Positions 21,986 to 32,272 of a stretch of DNA of 64,000 nt are shown one piece after another. Below the pieces are notes generated by a model. It was given only the letters and a program-made list of their open reading frames with translations, searched no databases and had not been told where the DNA came from. Origin of the DNA: an uncultured Chloroflexia bacterium (lineage in GTDB: Bacteria; Chloroflexota; Limnocylindria; Limnocylindrales; CSP1-4); the NCBI GenBank assembly GCA_963824735.1, contig CAWGQH010000002.1, forward strand, positions 42,066 through 106,065, in the 5' to 3' direction. How positions within the stretch are numbered: position 1 is the stretch's first letter; each line of letters begins with the position of its first letter. The translations under genes were made by a program, and so were the position numbers.

Positions 21986-23833
21986 ATGACCGCCGTCAGC
22001 GACATCCAGCAACCGGCGCTCGAGACGCCGGTCGGTAAGGCGATCCACCGCAGCAGGGCACGCGTGGTGCAGCGCCTGTTCGTCGCGTTCCTCATCGGGC
22101 TCGCCCTCACGTTCATGCTGGCCGCTGGCGCGCTCGTCGCCTGGGACCTCGGATACGAGGGCCGCGTCCTCCCGGGCGTACGCGTGGGCGCGACCGATCT
22201 CTCGGGCCTTGACCGGACGAGCGCCACGGCCGCGCTCGAGCAGGCCTATCGCGGATATGGCGAGGGCCGGGTCGTCATCAGCACGATCGCCGGCGATGTG
22301 GCGGTGGACTACAGCACGTTCGCGCGGCGCGCCGATGTCGGTGCGCTCGTCGATGCCGCCCTGTCGACCGGCCGTGACGGGAGTGTCGTGGAGCGCGCCC
22401 TGGGCGAGGTCCGGCTCGCGCTGCGCGGAGCATCGCTCGAACCCGCCGTCGTGTTCGACGAGGCCGCGCTGCGAGCGGCGGTCGCGGCGGGCCTCGCCCC
22501 GCTCGAGGCGCGCCCTGTCAATGCCGAGATCGGGATGGGTCCGCGCGGCGTCCGGGTGCTCCACTCGCGTCCAGGCTGGACGTTCGATGTCCCGACAGTC
22601 CAGTCGAACGCCGTAGCGCTCGTCGGGAACGCAAGCGCCCCGCCGGAGATTCCCATCCAGGCCGCCGCCATGCCGGTCGAGCCTGACCGCAGCGACGAGG
22701 ACGTCCTCCACGCGCAGAAGGCGGCGACGTGGGTCGGCAAGGCCGTCGTCATCAAGGGGGCCGGCGGACGCTGGAAGATCCCCGCCGCCAAGGTTCGCAG
22801 CTGGATCACGTTCACGACTGCGCCCGGCGGTGCGCTCGGACCGGTCATCGATGAGGCGGCCATCCCGAAGGCGTTGCGCGCGACGAAGAAGGACGTTGCC
22901 CGGGCGCCGGTCTCGGCCCAGTACCTGCGCAGCAAGTCAGGCTCGATCTTCGGGGTCATCGCCGGCGCAGACGGCCGGAGACTCGCCACGAAGGCGACGA
23001 CCGCCGCGATCGTCGCCGAGCTCGCACGACGTGCGGGTGGCGAGACGCCGAAGACGGTCAAGCTCAAGATCGCCCGCCACGCTCCGGAGCTCACAACCGC
23101 AGAGGCCACCAGGAAGGCGCCGCTCATGACGCGGCTCGGTTCGTGGCAGACCTACTTCCCGATCAGCGAGCGCAACCACTTCGGCGCCAACATCTGGCTG
23201 CCCGCGCAGATCATCAACGGGACCGTGCTCAAGCCTGGCCAGCGCTTCGAGTGGTGGAGCGGCCTGGGGCCGGTGACCACGGCGCGCGGATTTGGCCTCG
23301 GCGGCTTCATCGCCGGCGACCACACGGATCCGACTGGAGCGATGGGTGGTGGAATGTGCTCGGCGTCGACGACGCTGTTCAACGCCGCGCTTCGTGCCGG
23401 GCTCACGATCGGTGCCCGCGACAACCACCGTTACTACATCGATCGCTATCCCCTCGGCCTCGACGCCACGGTGTCCAACGCCCAGACGCTGTCGTTCACG
23501 AACGACATGAAGACCCCGATCCTGATCCGGGGCGTCAAGCTCCGCGGCTCCGGCGGCGCCGGCTACGTTCGGTTCGAGATCTGGGGCACCGACGACGGGC
23601 GGACGGTCAGCATCGGCCAGCCGCAGGTGCGCAACGTCCGCCAGGCAACGACACACACCGTGAAGGTCTCGACGCTCAAGCCCGGCCAACGCGAGCAGAC
23701 CGAGTACCCGGCGAACGGGATGAACGTGGCGGTGACCCGCGTCGTGCGCAACAAGAACGGCAAGGTCATCCACCGTGATTCGTACTTCTCGCCGTACCAG
23801 CTCTGGAACGGCCGGATCGAGGTTGGCCGCTAG
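21986..23833 (+). CDS. VanW family protein with PG-binding-4 repeats
   Basis: N-terminal TM, RVLPGVRVG..DLSGL, INGTVLKPG, GGGMCSASTTLFNAAL, YPLGLDATV. Confidence 0.88.
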   Translation: MTAVSDIQQPALETPVGKAIHRSRARVVQRLFVAFLIGLALTFMLAAGALVAWDLGYEGRVLPGVRVGATDLSGLDRTSATAALEQAYRGYGEGRVVISTIAGDVAVDYSTFARRADVGALVDAALSTGRDGSVVERALGEVRLALRGASLEPAVVFDEAALRAAVAAGLAPLEARPVNAEIGMGPRGVRVLHSRPGWTFDVPTVQSNAVALVGNASAPPEIPIQAAAMPVEPDRSDEDVLHAQKAATWVGKAVVIKGAGGRWKIPAAKVRSWITFTTAPGGALGPVIDEAAIPKALRATKKDVARAPVSAQYLRSKSGSIFGVIAGADGRRLATKATTAAIVAELARRAGGETPKTVKLKIARHAPELTTAEATRKAPLMTRLGSWQTYFPISERNHFGANIWLPAQIINGTVLKPGQRFEWWSGLGPVTTARGFGLGGFIAGDHTDPTGAMGGGMCSASTTLFNAALRAGLTIGARDNHRYYIDRYPLGLDATVSNAQTLSFTNDMKTPILIRGVKLRGSGGAGYVRFEIWGTDDGRTVSIGQPQVRNVRQATTHTVKVSTLKPGQREQTEYPANGMNVAVTRVVRNKNGKVIHRDSYFSPYQLWNGRIEVGR

Positions 23834-23842
23834 CCGGAGCGC

Positions 23843-24925
23843 TCAGCCGGCGATGATCTCGGCCAGCCAGAGTTCCGTATGGTCGCCCCCGAGGATTTCG
23901 AGCAGCGCGGCGGGCTGGCCGTCGCGGTCGAACGTCTGGAACGTGTGGACGGAGTTGGAGCCGCTGAACTGCTCCAGACCGGCCACGGGGCCCTCGCCGG
24001 CGCACGTCCACGCCCGCCCATCAGGGCTCGTCGCGGCGAAGACCTGCGTCCGGCCACCTGCCTCCACGAGGCCGCCAAACAGCATCAGGTAGCCGTCGTC
24101 AATGGCGAGCACGTTCGGCTGGAAGACCGCCGCGTCCGCTGCGCTGCCGCAGGCCCCGGCCGGGATGACCGGGTCGGCATCCTTCGTGAACGTGACGCCA
24201 TCGCTTGACGTGGCGAGCCCGATCGATTCCGGGCCGGGCTGCTCGGGATAGCCCTCGTACCACAACATGAAGCCGTCCGGAGTCGCGACGACCGCAGAGG
24301 TGACGGCGCCGCCGCCGTCCCATGCGCCGGGCGCCCCCGGGTCGAGGCGCATCTGTTCGTCCACGGTCCACGGCCCGGTCGGAGACGGCGCAGTCCCCCG
24401 CCAGGAGGCGTCGGCTCGCTGCGCACCGATGGATGCCCCCCAGCCGTACATGACCCATTGGTCGTCCAGGAGGAGCGCTTCTGCAGGCATTGGGCCGGGA
24501 TAGCGCATCTCGAGCCCGAGGTCCTCGTAGATCGGTTCCGTGCCGACAATCCACTCCGCTCCATCGCTCGACGTTGAGTGGGTCACGACCTCGTCGCCCG
24601 GAGCGGCCGCGAACCAGGCGATGTAGAGGTGGTACGTACCGTCCGCATCGCGGACGATCGCGCCCGGGTAATCGTTCGGGTAGCCCTCGGGTCCGTCGAC
24701 GCCTCCCTCGATGACCGGGCCGTCTCCCACCACACGGATGGTCAGCGGCTCGCCGATTGGCAGCGCCGGCGAGCTGCTCGGCGCGATCGATGCGCTCGAT
24801 TCGCTCGCTGGTGGGGCCGGCGTGATCGACGGGAGGGTGGCCGATCCGGCCGTCGACGGCGTGCCACCGCAGGCCGCGACCATGAACGTCAGGGCAGCGG
24901 TCGCGGTCACGCCCTTCAGTTTCAC
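23843..24925 (-). CDS. lipoprotein with five-bladed beta-propeller (GH43/32-like) domain
   Basis: Lipobox MVAAC, Ser/Pro linker, GAWDGG, LWYEG, IGLATSSDGVTFTK, ATSPDGRAW. Confidence 0.65.
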   Translation of the reverse strand: MKLKGVTATAALTFMVAACGGTPSTAGSATLPSITPAPPASESSASIAPSSSPALPIGEPLTIRVVGDGPVIEGGVDGPEGYPNDYPGAIVRDADGTYHLYIAWFAAAPGDEVVTHSTSSDGAEWIVGTEPIYEDLGLEMRYPGPMPAEALLLDDQWVMYGWGASIGAQRADASWRGTAPSPTGPWTVDEQMRLDPGAPGAWDGGGAVTSAVVATPDGFMLWYEGYPEQPGPESIGLATSSDGVTFTKDADPVIPAGACGSAADAAVFQPNVLAIDDGYLMLFGGLVEAGGRTQVFAATSPDGRAWTCAGEGPVAGLEQFSGSNSVHTFQTFDRDGQPAALLEILGGDHTELWLAEIIAG

Positions 24926-25251
24926 TTGGGCGGGAGCGTTGCCGCGAACGCAGCGCCGGCGTCAACCCAGCGGGAGAGATCCGGATCGGAGACGACGCCT
25001 TCGGGCGCAACGTAGATCATCCCCTTCATCGGCTTCCCGGCGAAGTCCATGATCCGGACGTGCGGCTCGGCAAGCGCCGCGTCGTGGGCGTCCTGGCCGA
25101 TCCGGACCATCAGATCGTCGCGGATCACGCCAACCGCCATGTTGCCGCCGACCATGAACGCGATCCCACCGAACATCTTTCGTTCGGTGACGCCGTCCCG
25201 GCCGCGCAGCGCAGCGCGGATCCGCTCGGCAAGCTGCTCGTCGTAGGCCAT
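24922..25251 (-). CDS. TfoX N-terminal domain protein
   Basis: MAYDEQLAERIR..ERKMFGGIAFMVGGNMAVGV..LMVR..PMKG..LPPK. Confidence 0.9.
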   Translation of the reverse strand: MAYDEQLAERIRAALRGRDGVTERKMFGGIAFMVGGNMAVGVIRDDLMVRIGQDAHDAALAEPHVRIMDFAGKPMKGMIYVAPEGVVSDPDLSRWVDAGAAFAATLPPK

Positions 25252-25470
25252 CTCGATCCTCCCGTGTGCTCGATCCGGCGCCCAGATCCCGAGACGTCCG
25301 GGACCCGCCGGCTGGTTCCCGTTGCGACCTGGAAACGATGCGCGAAATTGGCAGGTGACGCCGAGTCGCCGCGGGAGGTACTGTGCGCTCAGCGACCGGG
25401 TCAGACAGTGGGGCGCGCGTCGGGGAGCGTGGAACGCGCGGAGGGGCCGTCCGCCCGGGTTGGAGGGACC

Positions 25471-28409
25471 ATGGTTCGGCGTCTGGCGCTTGTCGTGTCT
25501 GGTCGCGCTGTGCGCGCTCGTACTCCCGGCGGCGAAACCGCCCGTCACGTTCACGCCTGGAGCGGCCGGGGTGGGCGATCCGTATTTCCCGCTCGACGGG
25601 AACGGCGGGTACGACGTCAAGCACTACGACCTCGACCTCAGCTACGACCCGGAAACCGACGTGCTGGCAGGCGACGCCACGATCGAAGCGCGTGCGACCC
25701 AGCACCTCTCCAGCGTTCAACCTGGATTTCGTCGGCATGACCGTCGAGTCCGTTCAGCGTCGACAACCGAGCGGCCGACCTGGGCACGCGACGGTCAGGA
25801 GCTGACGATCACGCCGACCAAGGGCATCCAGAACAAGGCCAAGTTCACGGTGGCGATCGCCTACCACGGCATCCCGGAGGCTGGTCAACGGAACTCGGCG
25901 ATCTCGGGCTTCATGCACACCAACGACGGCGCGGTGATCGTGGGCGAGCCGCACGTGGCGGCGACCTGGTTCCCGGCCAACGATCACCCGACCGACAAGG
26001 CCTCGTTCACGTTCCACTGGACCGTGCCCGAGGGGCATCGAGGCCGTCGGCAACGGCGTGCTCAACGGGTCAGAGGACGAACGGGCGGCTGGACGACCTG
26101 GACGTGGGATGCCCGGCGATCCGATGGCCCCTACCTCGCGACGGCGTCCATCGGCCAGCTCGAGATCGACGCGTACAAGGCCCGAGGCCTGCCCTACTGG
26201 GACGCGATCGACCCGGCGCTGTTCGAGCCGCCGTCGCCGCCGCCGAGCCGATCCGCCGACCGATGGGGACCGATGCTGTTCTCGCAGGCCACTCGCAGGA
26301 AATCCGCGTCCTACAAGCGCCTGACGCGCGTCCTCACGGTGCCGTCGGGCGGGGCCACACTGTCGTTCGACACCTTCCATGACACCGAACCCGGCTTGGA
26401 CTTCCTGTTCGTCGAGAAGCGGACGGCCGGCGGTGACGACTGGACCACGCTGGAGGAACAGGGCGGCCATCACCACCCAGGACCCGGGTGCATGCCCGGG
26501 GATCCTCTTCGACCACCCGTTCCTCGAGCACTACCTGGCACGCCGCCGGAAGACGCGGGGGCGGAAGCCGGATGACGACCAGTCGCCGGATCGCGGCACG
26601 TCCGGCGATTGGTGGGCGGCCAGCGGGCGAGGGCTTCGACTGGGAGCCATGGCTGTTCGACGCTGCCGAACGGCAGGAGCCGACCCGATCGAGCTCGAAA
26701 TCTCCATCACCTACGCCAGCGACGGCGTGCTTCCAGCTCCGCGGCGTCACGCTCGACAACCTCGTCGTCTCGACGGGCGAGGGCTGCACGTCGTTCGAGG
26801 ACGACGGCGGACACGCTCGACGGCTGGGTGGCGGCGACCCGCCGGAGGGCAGCCCACCGAACGAGAACACCTGGACGACGATCAGCGTGCTCGAACCGCC
26901 CCCGCCGCCGCCCGAGCCGCCACGGTCACGCCGACCGACGGCGCGCAGATGCTCTTCTCGGATGTGGCCGAGCACGCCTACAAGCGGCTGACGCGCGTCC
27001 TGACGATCCCGCCGGGCGGGGCGACGCTGTCATTCGACACCTTCCACGACACCGAGGGCGGCCGGGACTTCCTGTTCGTGGAGAAGCGCACCGCCGGCGG
27101 CGACGACTGGACGACGCTCGAGGAGCAGAGCGGCCACACCAGCCAGGATCCGCGGTGCGTGCCCGTCGACGATCGACTTCAACCAGTTCCTGGACCATTA
27201 CCTGACGCCCTTCCTCGATCCGGGCGACCCGGAAGATCCCGATGACGACTTCTTCACCTGTGCTCGCCATCCGGCACGTCCGGCGACTGGTGGGCGGTCA
27301 GCGGCGAGGGCTTCGACTGGGAGACCTGGCAGTTCGCGCTGCCGAACGCGGGGCCGGACCCGATCCAGCTCGAGGTCTCGATCACCTACGCGAGCGACGG
27401 GGCGGTCCAGGCTCCGTGGCGTCACGCTCGACAACCTCGTCGTCTCACCGGCGAGCGGCTGCACCTCCTTCGAGGACGACGGCGACACGCTCGACGGGTG
27501 GGTCGTCGCCGACGCGCCGGACGGCAGCGGGCCGAACGAGAACTCGTGGACGACGATCACCGAGCTCCAGCCACCCCCTCCGCCGCCGCTGGCCGGCGTG
27601 ACTCCGCTCAGGCATCGTTCGCTCGTCAGCCGGAGATCATCGACTTCCTGGCCGAGCGTGTTCGGGAGCTATCCGTTCAGGACCGCCGGGGGCATCGTCG
27701 ACGACAGTCCGGCCGGGTTCGCCCTCGAGACCCAGACGCGTCCGGTGTACTCCCCGGTGTTCTTCTTCGGCGGTCCGAATGACGGCGTGGTCGTCCACGA
27801 GCTGGCCCACCAGTGGGTCGGCGACTCGCTCGCGGTCGAGGCGTGGCAGCACATCTGGCTGAACGAGGGTTTCGCCACGTACGCCGAGTGGTTGTGGAGC
27901 GCCCACGAGGGCGAGGCGACCGAGCAGGAGATCTTCGAATTCTGTTGTACAAGGAGTTCTTCCCGGCCGAGGACAACGTCTTCTGGGAGCTGCCGATCGG
28001 CGATCCCGGGCCGGAGCGCCTTTTCGATAGTCGCCGTCTACTTCCGCGGCGCGATGACACTTGCACGTCCTGCGCATGCAGGTCGGCGATCGTGCGACTT
28101 CTTCAGGATCCTGCAGGGATTGGGCCCGCAAGCAGGCCGGCGGCAACGTCACCACCGACGAGTTCATCGCGCTTGCCGAGAAGGTGTCGCGGCGAGCAGC
28201 TCGACGCGCTGTTCGACACCTGGTTGTTCGGGACCGACGGCCGTCGCGGCGCGAGCGCCGCTGCCGTTCAGGCGCAGCGCTCGATCGCGAAGGGCAAGAG
28301 CAAGGAAGCACGCCGTGAGGCGGTGCGGCCGATGCTCGAGCGGCTAAGCTCGGGCACAAGGCCGCCGACCACGGGAAGCATCTCGCGAAGGCACGCTCGG
28401 GGCCGCTGA
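25471..28409 (+). CDS. secreted M1 family aminopeptidase with duplicated beta-sandwich insert (multiple frameshifts)
   Basis: GVGDPYFPLDGNGGYDVKHYDL, WFPANDHPTDKA, FALETQTRP, HELAHQW, IWLNEGFATYAEW, YFRGAMTL. Confidence 0.85.
26256..27595 (+). repeat. tandem intragenic duplication (~675 bp x2)
   Basis: Copies start at ~26256 and ~26931 and share TACAAGCG.CTGACGCGCGTCCT, TTCGACACCTTCCA.GACACCGA, GACTGGAC.ACGCT.GAGGA, ATCACCTACGC.AGCGACGG and GTCACGCTCGACAACCTCGTCGTCTC. Confidence 0.85.
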
Positions 28410-28450
28410 GCCCCGGCGAACGATCTTGCGCCGGGTGCGATGATCCGCAC

Positions 28451-28660
28451 ATGATCGAATACGGGAACGCGGTCGATCAGGGCTCGAAGGCCGCCGGGCA
28501 GGGTTCGGGCGTCGGGAGCGGCGGAGCCGATCTCGGCGCCGGCGCGGTGAACTTCGTGAACGACACCGTCGACCAGGTCGCCGCGCTCCCGCCCGGGATG
28601 CTCCTGCTCCTGGCGGTCGTCATCCTTGGGGGGCTGTACTTCCTGCGGCGCGCCCTCTAG
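28451..28660 (+). CDS. small Gly-rich protein with C-terminal TM
   Basis: 69 aa, hydrophobic C-terminal helix followed by RR. Fills the intergenic gap. Confidence 0.6.
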   Translation: MIEYGNAVDQGSKAAGQGSGVGSGGADLGAGAVNFVNDTVDQVAALPPGMLLLLAVVILGGLYFLRRAL

Positions 28661-28666
28661 GTCGGG

Positions 28667-29065
28667 CTACCGGTTCGGCGTCTCCTGCAGGAGCCAGCCG
28701 TTGCCGTCGGGGTCGGCGAAGCTCGCGAACGAATTCCACGGCCCGCCCTTGCCGTCGAGCCACTGGCCGTTCTCGAAATGGCGGATCGGTCCCACGTCCA
28801 CGCCGCGCCCTGTCAGCTCGGCGCGAGCCGCCTCGATGTCCGTAACGACGAGCTGCAGGCCCTGGTAGGAGCCCGGCTGCGAGGTCGTGATCCCGGTGCC
28901 GATCGTGACCGAGCAGCCCGAGCCGGGCGGTGTCAGCTGCACGATGCGCATCCCGCCGTTCGTGTCGTCGAGATCGACGTTGAACCCGCACTGCTCGCCG
29001 TAGAAGTGCTTCGCGCGGTCGACGTCGCTCACCGGGATGACCACGACTTCGAGCTTGTAGTCCAT
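28667..29065 (-). CDS. VOC family protein
   Basis: LEVVVIPVSDVDRAKHFY, VQLTPPGSGCS, FADPDGNGWLLQE. GGAGG RBS. Confidence 0.9.
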   Translation of the reverse strand: MDYKLEVVVIPVSDVDRAKHFYGEQCGFNVDLDDTNGGMRIVQLTPPGSGCSVTIGTGITTSQPGSYQGLQLVVTDIEAARAELTGRGVDVGPIRHFENGQWLDGKGGPWNSFASFADPDGNGWLLQETPNR

Positions 29066-29134
29066 CGCGCCCTCCACCGATGAATCCCTGCAACGCCGCA
29101 AGTCTGACGCTGTACAGGGTACAGAGGAGGTCCC

Positions 29135-29509
29135 ATGCTCACGAACTCCCCGCTCTACGCAAGCTTCGGCGTTGACGACATTCCCGCGGCCAAGGCGTTC
29201 TATGCCGACACGCTCGGTGTCCGCGTCATCGAGATCGGCGACGGTCTGCTCTCGCTGCAGGCCGGCAACGGCTACTCGGTGCTGGCCTACATCAGGCCCG
29301 AGCACGTGCCCGCCGAACACACGATCGTGAACTTCCCGGTCGACGACATCGAGGCGACCGTGGACCGGCTCACGAAAGCCGGCGTCACGTTCGAGCGCTA
29401 CGACGAGGGGCCGATCAAGACCAACGAGAAGGGCATCGCCCATCCCGGTCCGTGGCAGGCCTGGTTCCGGGATCCTGCCGGCAACATCCTGTCAGTGATC
29501 CAGGAATAG
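29135..29509 (+). CDS. VOC family protein
   Basis: SFGVDDIPAAKAFY, NFPVDDIE, AWFRDPAGNILS. Confidence 0.9.
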   Translation: MLTNSPLYASFGVDDIPAAKAFYADTLGVRVIEIGDGLLSLQAGNGYSVLAYIRPEHVPAEHTIVNFPVDDIEATVDRLTKAGVTFERYDEGPIKTNEKGIAHPGPWQAWFRDPAGNILSVIQE

Positions 29510-29512
29510 CGA

Positions 29513-29920
29513 TCAGCTTTCCCCGGCAGGCAGCGGCGCGAACAGGTCGACGCTGTTGCCGTCGGGGTCGAGGACCGTGGCGTAGCGCTGGCCCCAGAAG
29601 GCATCCCAGGGCTCGAGATGGCCGTGATACCCGGCCGTCACCAGCTCCCGATAGGTGGCGTCAACGTCCGACGCATCCGCGCACGCGAATGCCAGCCCGA
29701 TCCGGTGCCCACCACCAGATGGCGGGGTCCAGCCCGGGTCGAACGAGCGAATGGTGTCGGCTGTGTCCCAGGCGACGCGCAGGCCGCCCGGCAGCGACGC
29801 CTCCACGTGCGGCTCCCCGTCCGCCTCCGGAGCGATTTCCAGGCCGAGCCGCCGATAGAACGCGAGTGAGCTGGCCATGTCGTCAACGACGATGCCGACG
29901 ACGTCGAGTCGAGCAGTCAT
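29513..29920 (-). CDS. VOC family protein
   Basis: GIVVDDMASSLAFYRRLG, PWDAFWGQRYATVLDPDGNSVDL. Confidence 0.9.
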   Translation of the reverse strand: MTARLDVVGIVVDDMASSLAFYRRLGLEIAPEADGEPHVEASLPGGLRVAWDTADTIRSFDPGWTPPSGGGHRIGLAFACADASDVDATYRELVTAGYHGHLEPWDAFWGQRYATVLDPDGNSVDLFAPLPAGES

Positions 29921-30140
29921 ACAGACACGGTACCCCGTCTCCGAGACCGCCGTCCTGAGCGAATTTGAGAGGCGGCTGCAAGCGGACACGTGGCGCATGC
30001 GGGGTACGATTCCGGCACCAGCGGCGAACGACCGCGCACATGCGACCGGAAGAACCATCTCGGTCCTCGGCGATTCTCGGGGGCATCTCGCGGAGGGGGA
30101 TGTGCCTGTCCGGCTCCGGCATGCGACAGGAGAGCCTCCT

Positions 30141-32045
30141 ATGAGTCACCTGCCCCGCTCCCGCGAGCGCGTCCTGCTCGCTCTCGCCTCCGCGCTGATC
30201 CTCGCGATGGGATCCGTCGGCGGCGCGATCGCCCAGACACCGAGCGCCGACGGCGACGACAAGGTGACCGGCCAGCCATATGTCCGCCACGACGGGGGAA
30301 CGGACGCCGGCATCGACCACTGCAATGACGCCTCAACTGATGAGGCGGCGGACGACGACCCCGATGACGGGGATGTGGACTCGAACGACGGCGGCAGCCG
30401 CCGCCAGGGGAACGAGCCTTTTACGGTCGTCGATCCCACGAACCCGGACTTCGTCGCCGCCGGCTGGAACGACTACTGCCTGACCGACCTCGGCGCCGGC
30501 TGGCAGGGCTTCGCTTACTCGCTCGACGCGGGCGAGACCTGGACGGACTCGATCGTCCCGGGTTACCCGATGGACACGTCGGACGAGGGGATGGATTCGC
30601 CCTTGTTCGGCACGCACACGGACGCGGGCGACCCGATCGCCGCGTTCGACAACGACGGCAACCTCTTCGTCGGCGGTATCTCGTTCAACCGGGTCAAGCC
30701 GTCGAATGGCGATGTCTACGTGGCGACGTATGGCACCGAGCCGCACGAAAGCGGGTTCCCGGTCGACTACGAGCGGACAGTCATCGTCGGCGAGGGAACG
30801 CCGTCGAACCCGATTGCCGGCATCTTCCAGGACAAGCCCATGCTCGAGGTCGACCGGACCGGCGGCGAGCATGACGCCAACGTATATGTGTGCTGGTCCC
30901 GCTTCACTGGCGTCGGCGGACAGAACAAGGTCTACTTCAGCCGCTCGACCGATTCGGGGGCGACCTTCTCGAAGCCGATCGCGATCTCGCGCTCAAACGA
31001 GGTCAAGTCGATCCAGGGCTGCGACATCGCGATCGAGGCAGACGGCGACGTCTTCGTCACGTTCCGCACGTTCACCTCGAACAAGAACTTCCAGGATGGA
31101 CTGGCGTTCGCTCGCTCCACGGACGGCGGCGAGAGCTTCTCGACGGCGCAGCTGATCCGCAATATCGTCCCCTATGCGCCAGCCAACCCAACGCGTGACT
31201 GCGGTGACGGTGCGTTCCTGTGCACGGACGAGTTCGTGTTCCCGCGCGTGCCGCTCGAGCCCCGCTCGACGGCGGACCAGACCGGCGAGCTCGACGGCGT
31301 CTACCTGACCTACAACGCGATCAACCCGGACAGCGTCGAGGACAGCGAGACCTCGTACAGCTCAGCCGGTGGCGGCCTGGTAGGCCAGTCACTGGTCTAC
31401 GTGGTCAGCACGACCAACGACGGCGCGACCTGGAGCGACCCAGTGGCCGTCGATCCTGCGGAGACCGGACACCAGTTCTTCCCGGACGTCGACGCCCTGG
31501 CCGGCACGCTTGCGCTGGTCTGGCAGGACAACCGCACGGACGGCGACTACAGCGTGCAGCTGCCGCTCGGCAACGCCTTCGATGACGAGGGCCGGCCCGT
31601 GTCGTCGGGCACCGACGTGGTCAACACCTTTGCGGCCTATTCGACCGACGGCGAGACGTACACGCCAGTCGCCGGGCCGATGTCGTCCACGAGCCACCAG
31701 CCCTCCTACGAGATGTTCGGCAGCCGCGACGTCCCGTTCCAGGGCGACTACAACTGGATCTCGCTCGCCGAGCGAGAGGACGGATCACTTCTCGGTTACA
31801 TGTCGTGGACGGACAACCGCGACGTTGTCGAGGGCGACGACCTGCGCGAGACGACCGCCGAGGGCGGGTACGACGACAATTTCGACGTGCTCCAATGTCG
31901 GATCGACCTCGGCGCACCCAGCGAGGACGACATCCTCGAGGGCGTGCCACTCGCCCGAGCTGACGCGCCTTTCAGCGGCGACAACTGTGGCAACGCAGGC
32001 GGCCTGGACCAGAACATCTACGGCACGTCGATCACGTTCCCGTAG
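30141..32045 (+). CDS. secreted sialidase-like (BNR / Asp-box) protein
   Basis: Signal peptide. Asp-boxes YSLDAGETW, SRSTDSGATF, ARSTDGGESF, STTNDGATW. GDY and WTDNR near the C-terminus. Confidence 0.75.
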   Translation: MSHLPRSRERVLLALASALILAMGSVGGAIAQTPSADGDDKVTGQPYVRHDGGTDAGIDHCNDASTDEAADDDPDDGDVDSNDGGSRRQGNEPFTVVDPTNPDFVAAGWNDYCLTDLGAGWQGFAYSLDAGETWTDSIVPGYPMDTSDEGMDSPLFGTHTDAGDPIAAFDNDGNLFVGGISFNRVKPSNGDVYVATYGTEPHESGFPVDYERTVIVGEGTPSNPIAGIFQDKPMLEVDRTGGEHDANVYVCWSRFTGVGGQNKVYFSRSTDSGATFSKPIAISRSNEVKSIQGCDIAIEADGDVFVTFRTFTSNKNFQDGLAFARSTDGGESFSTAQLIRNIVPYAPANPTRDCGDGAFLCTDEFVFPRVPLEPRSTADQTGELDGVYLTYNAINPDSVEDSETSYSSAGGGLVGQSLVYVVSTTNDGATWSDPVAVDPAETGHQFFPDVDALAGTLALVWQDNRTDGDYSVQLPLGNAFDDEGRPVSSGTDVVNTFAAYSTDGETYTPVAGPMSSTSHQPSYEMFGSRDVPFQGDYNWISLAEREDGSLLGYMSWTDNRDVVEGDDLRETTAEGGYDDNFDVLQCRIDLGAPSEDDILEGVPLARADAPFSGDNCGNAGGLDQNIYGTSITFP

Positions 32046-32069
32046 CCAATCAACAGCTACCTCCGCGTG

Positions 32070-32105
32070 GTGGGCCCGTCCGCAAGCCGGACGGGCCCAC
32101 TTTCT
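32070..32105 (+). terminator. intrinsic terminator
   Basis: GTGGGCCCGTCCG-caagc-CGGACGGGCCCAC followed by TTTCT. Confidence 0.75.
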
Positions 32106-32214
32106 CGCCAACTACGCACACCACGCGTGTTGGACGCCTAGACGCGGCTCCGTCCGGCCGGACTCAGCCGAGATTGACCAACTCGTCTCCCACGAGCCCG
32201 AGTCCCGCCAGATA

Positions 32215-32228
32215 GTTGCATACGCAAC
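32215..32228. promoter_or_regulatory. palindromic operator candidate upstream of the LLM / FMN reductase operon
   Basis: GTTGC-ATAC-GCAAC in AT-richer intergenic DNA about 45 nt before ATG. Confidence 0.45.
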
Positions 32229-32272
32229 AATCATGGTGTACGCTTGTGTCACGCACAAAACGAGGAACAGCA

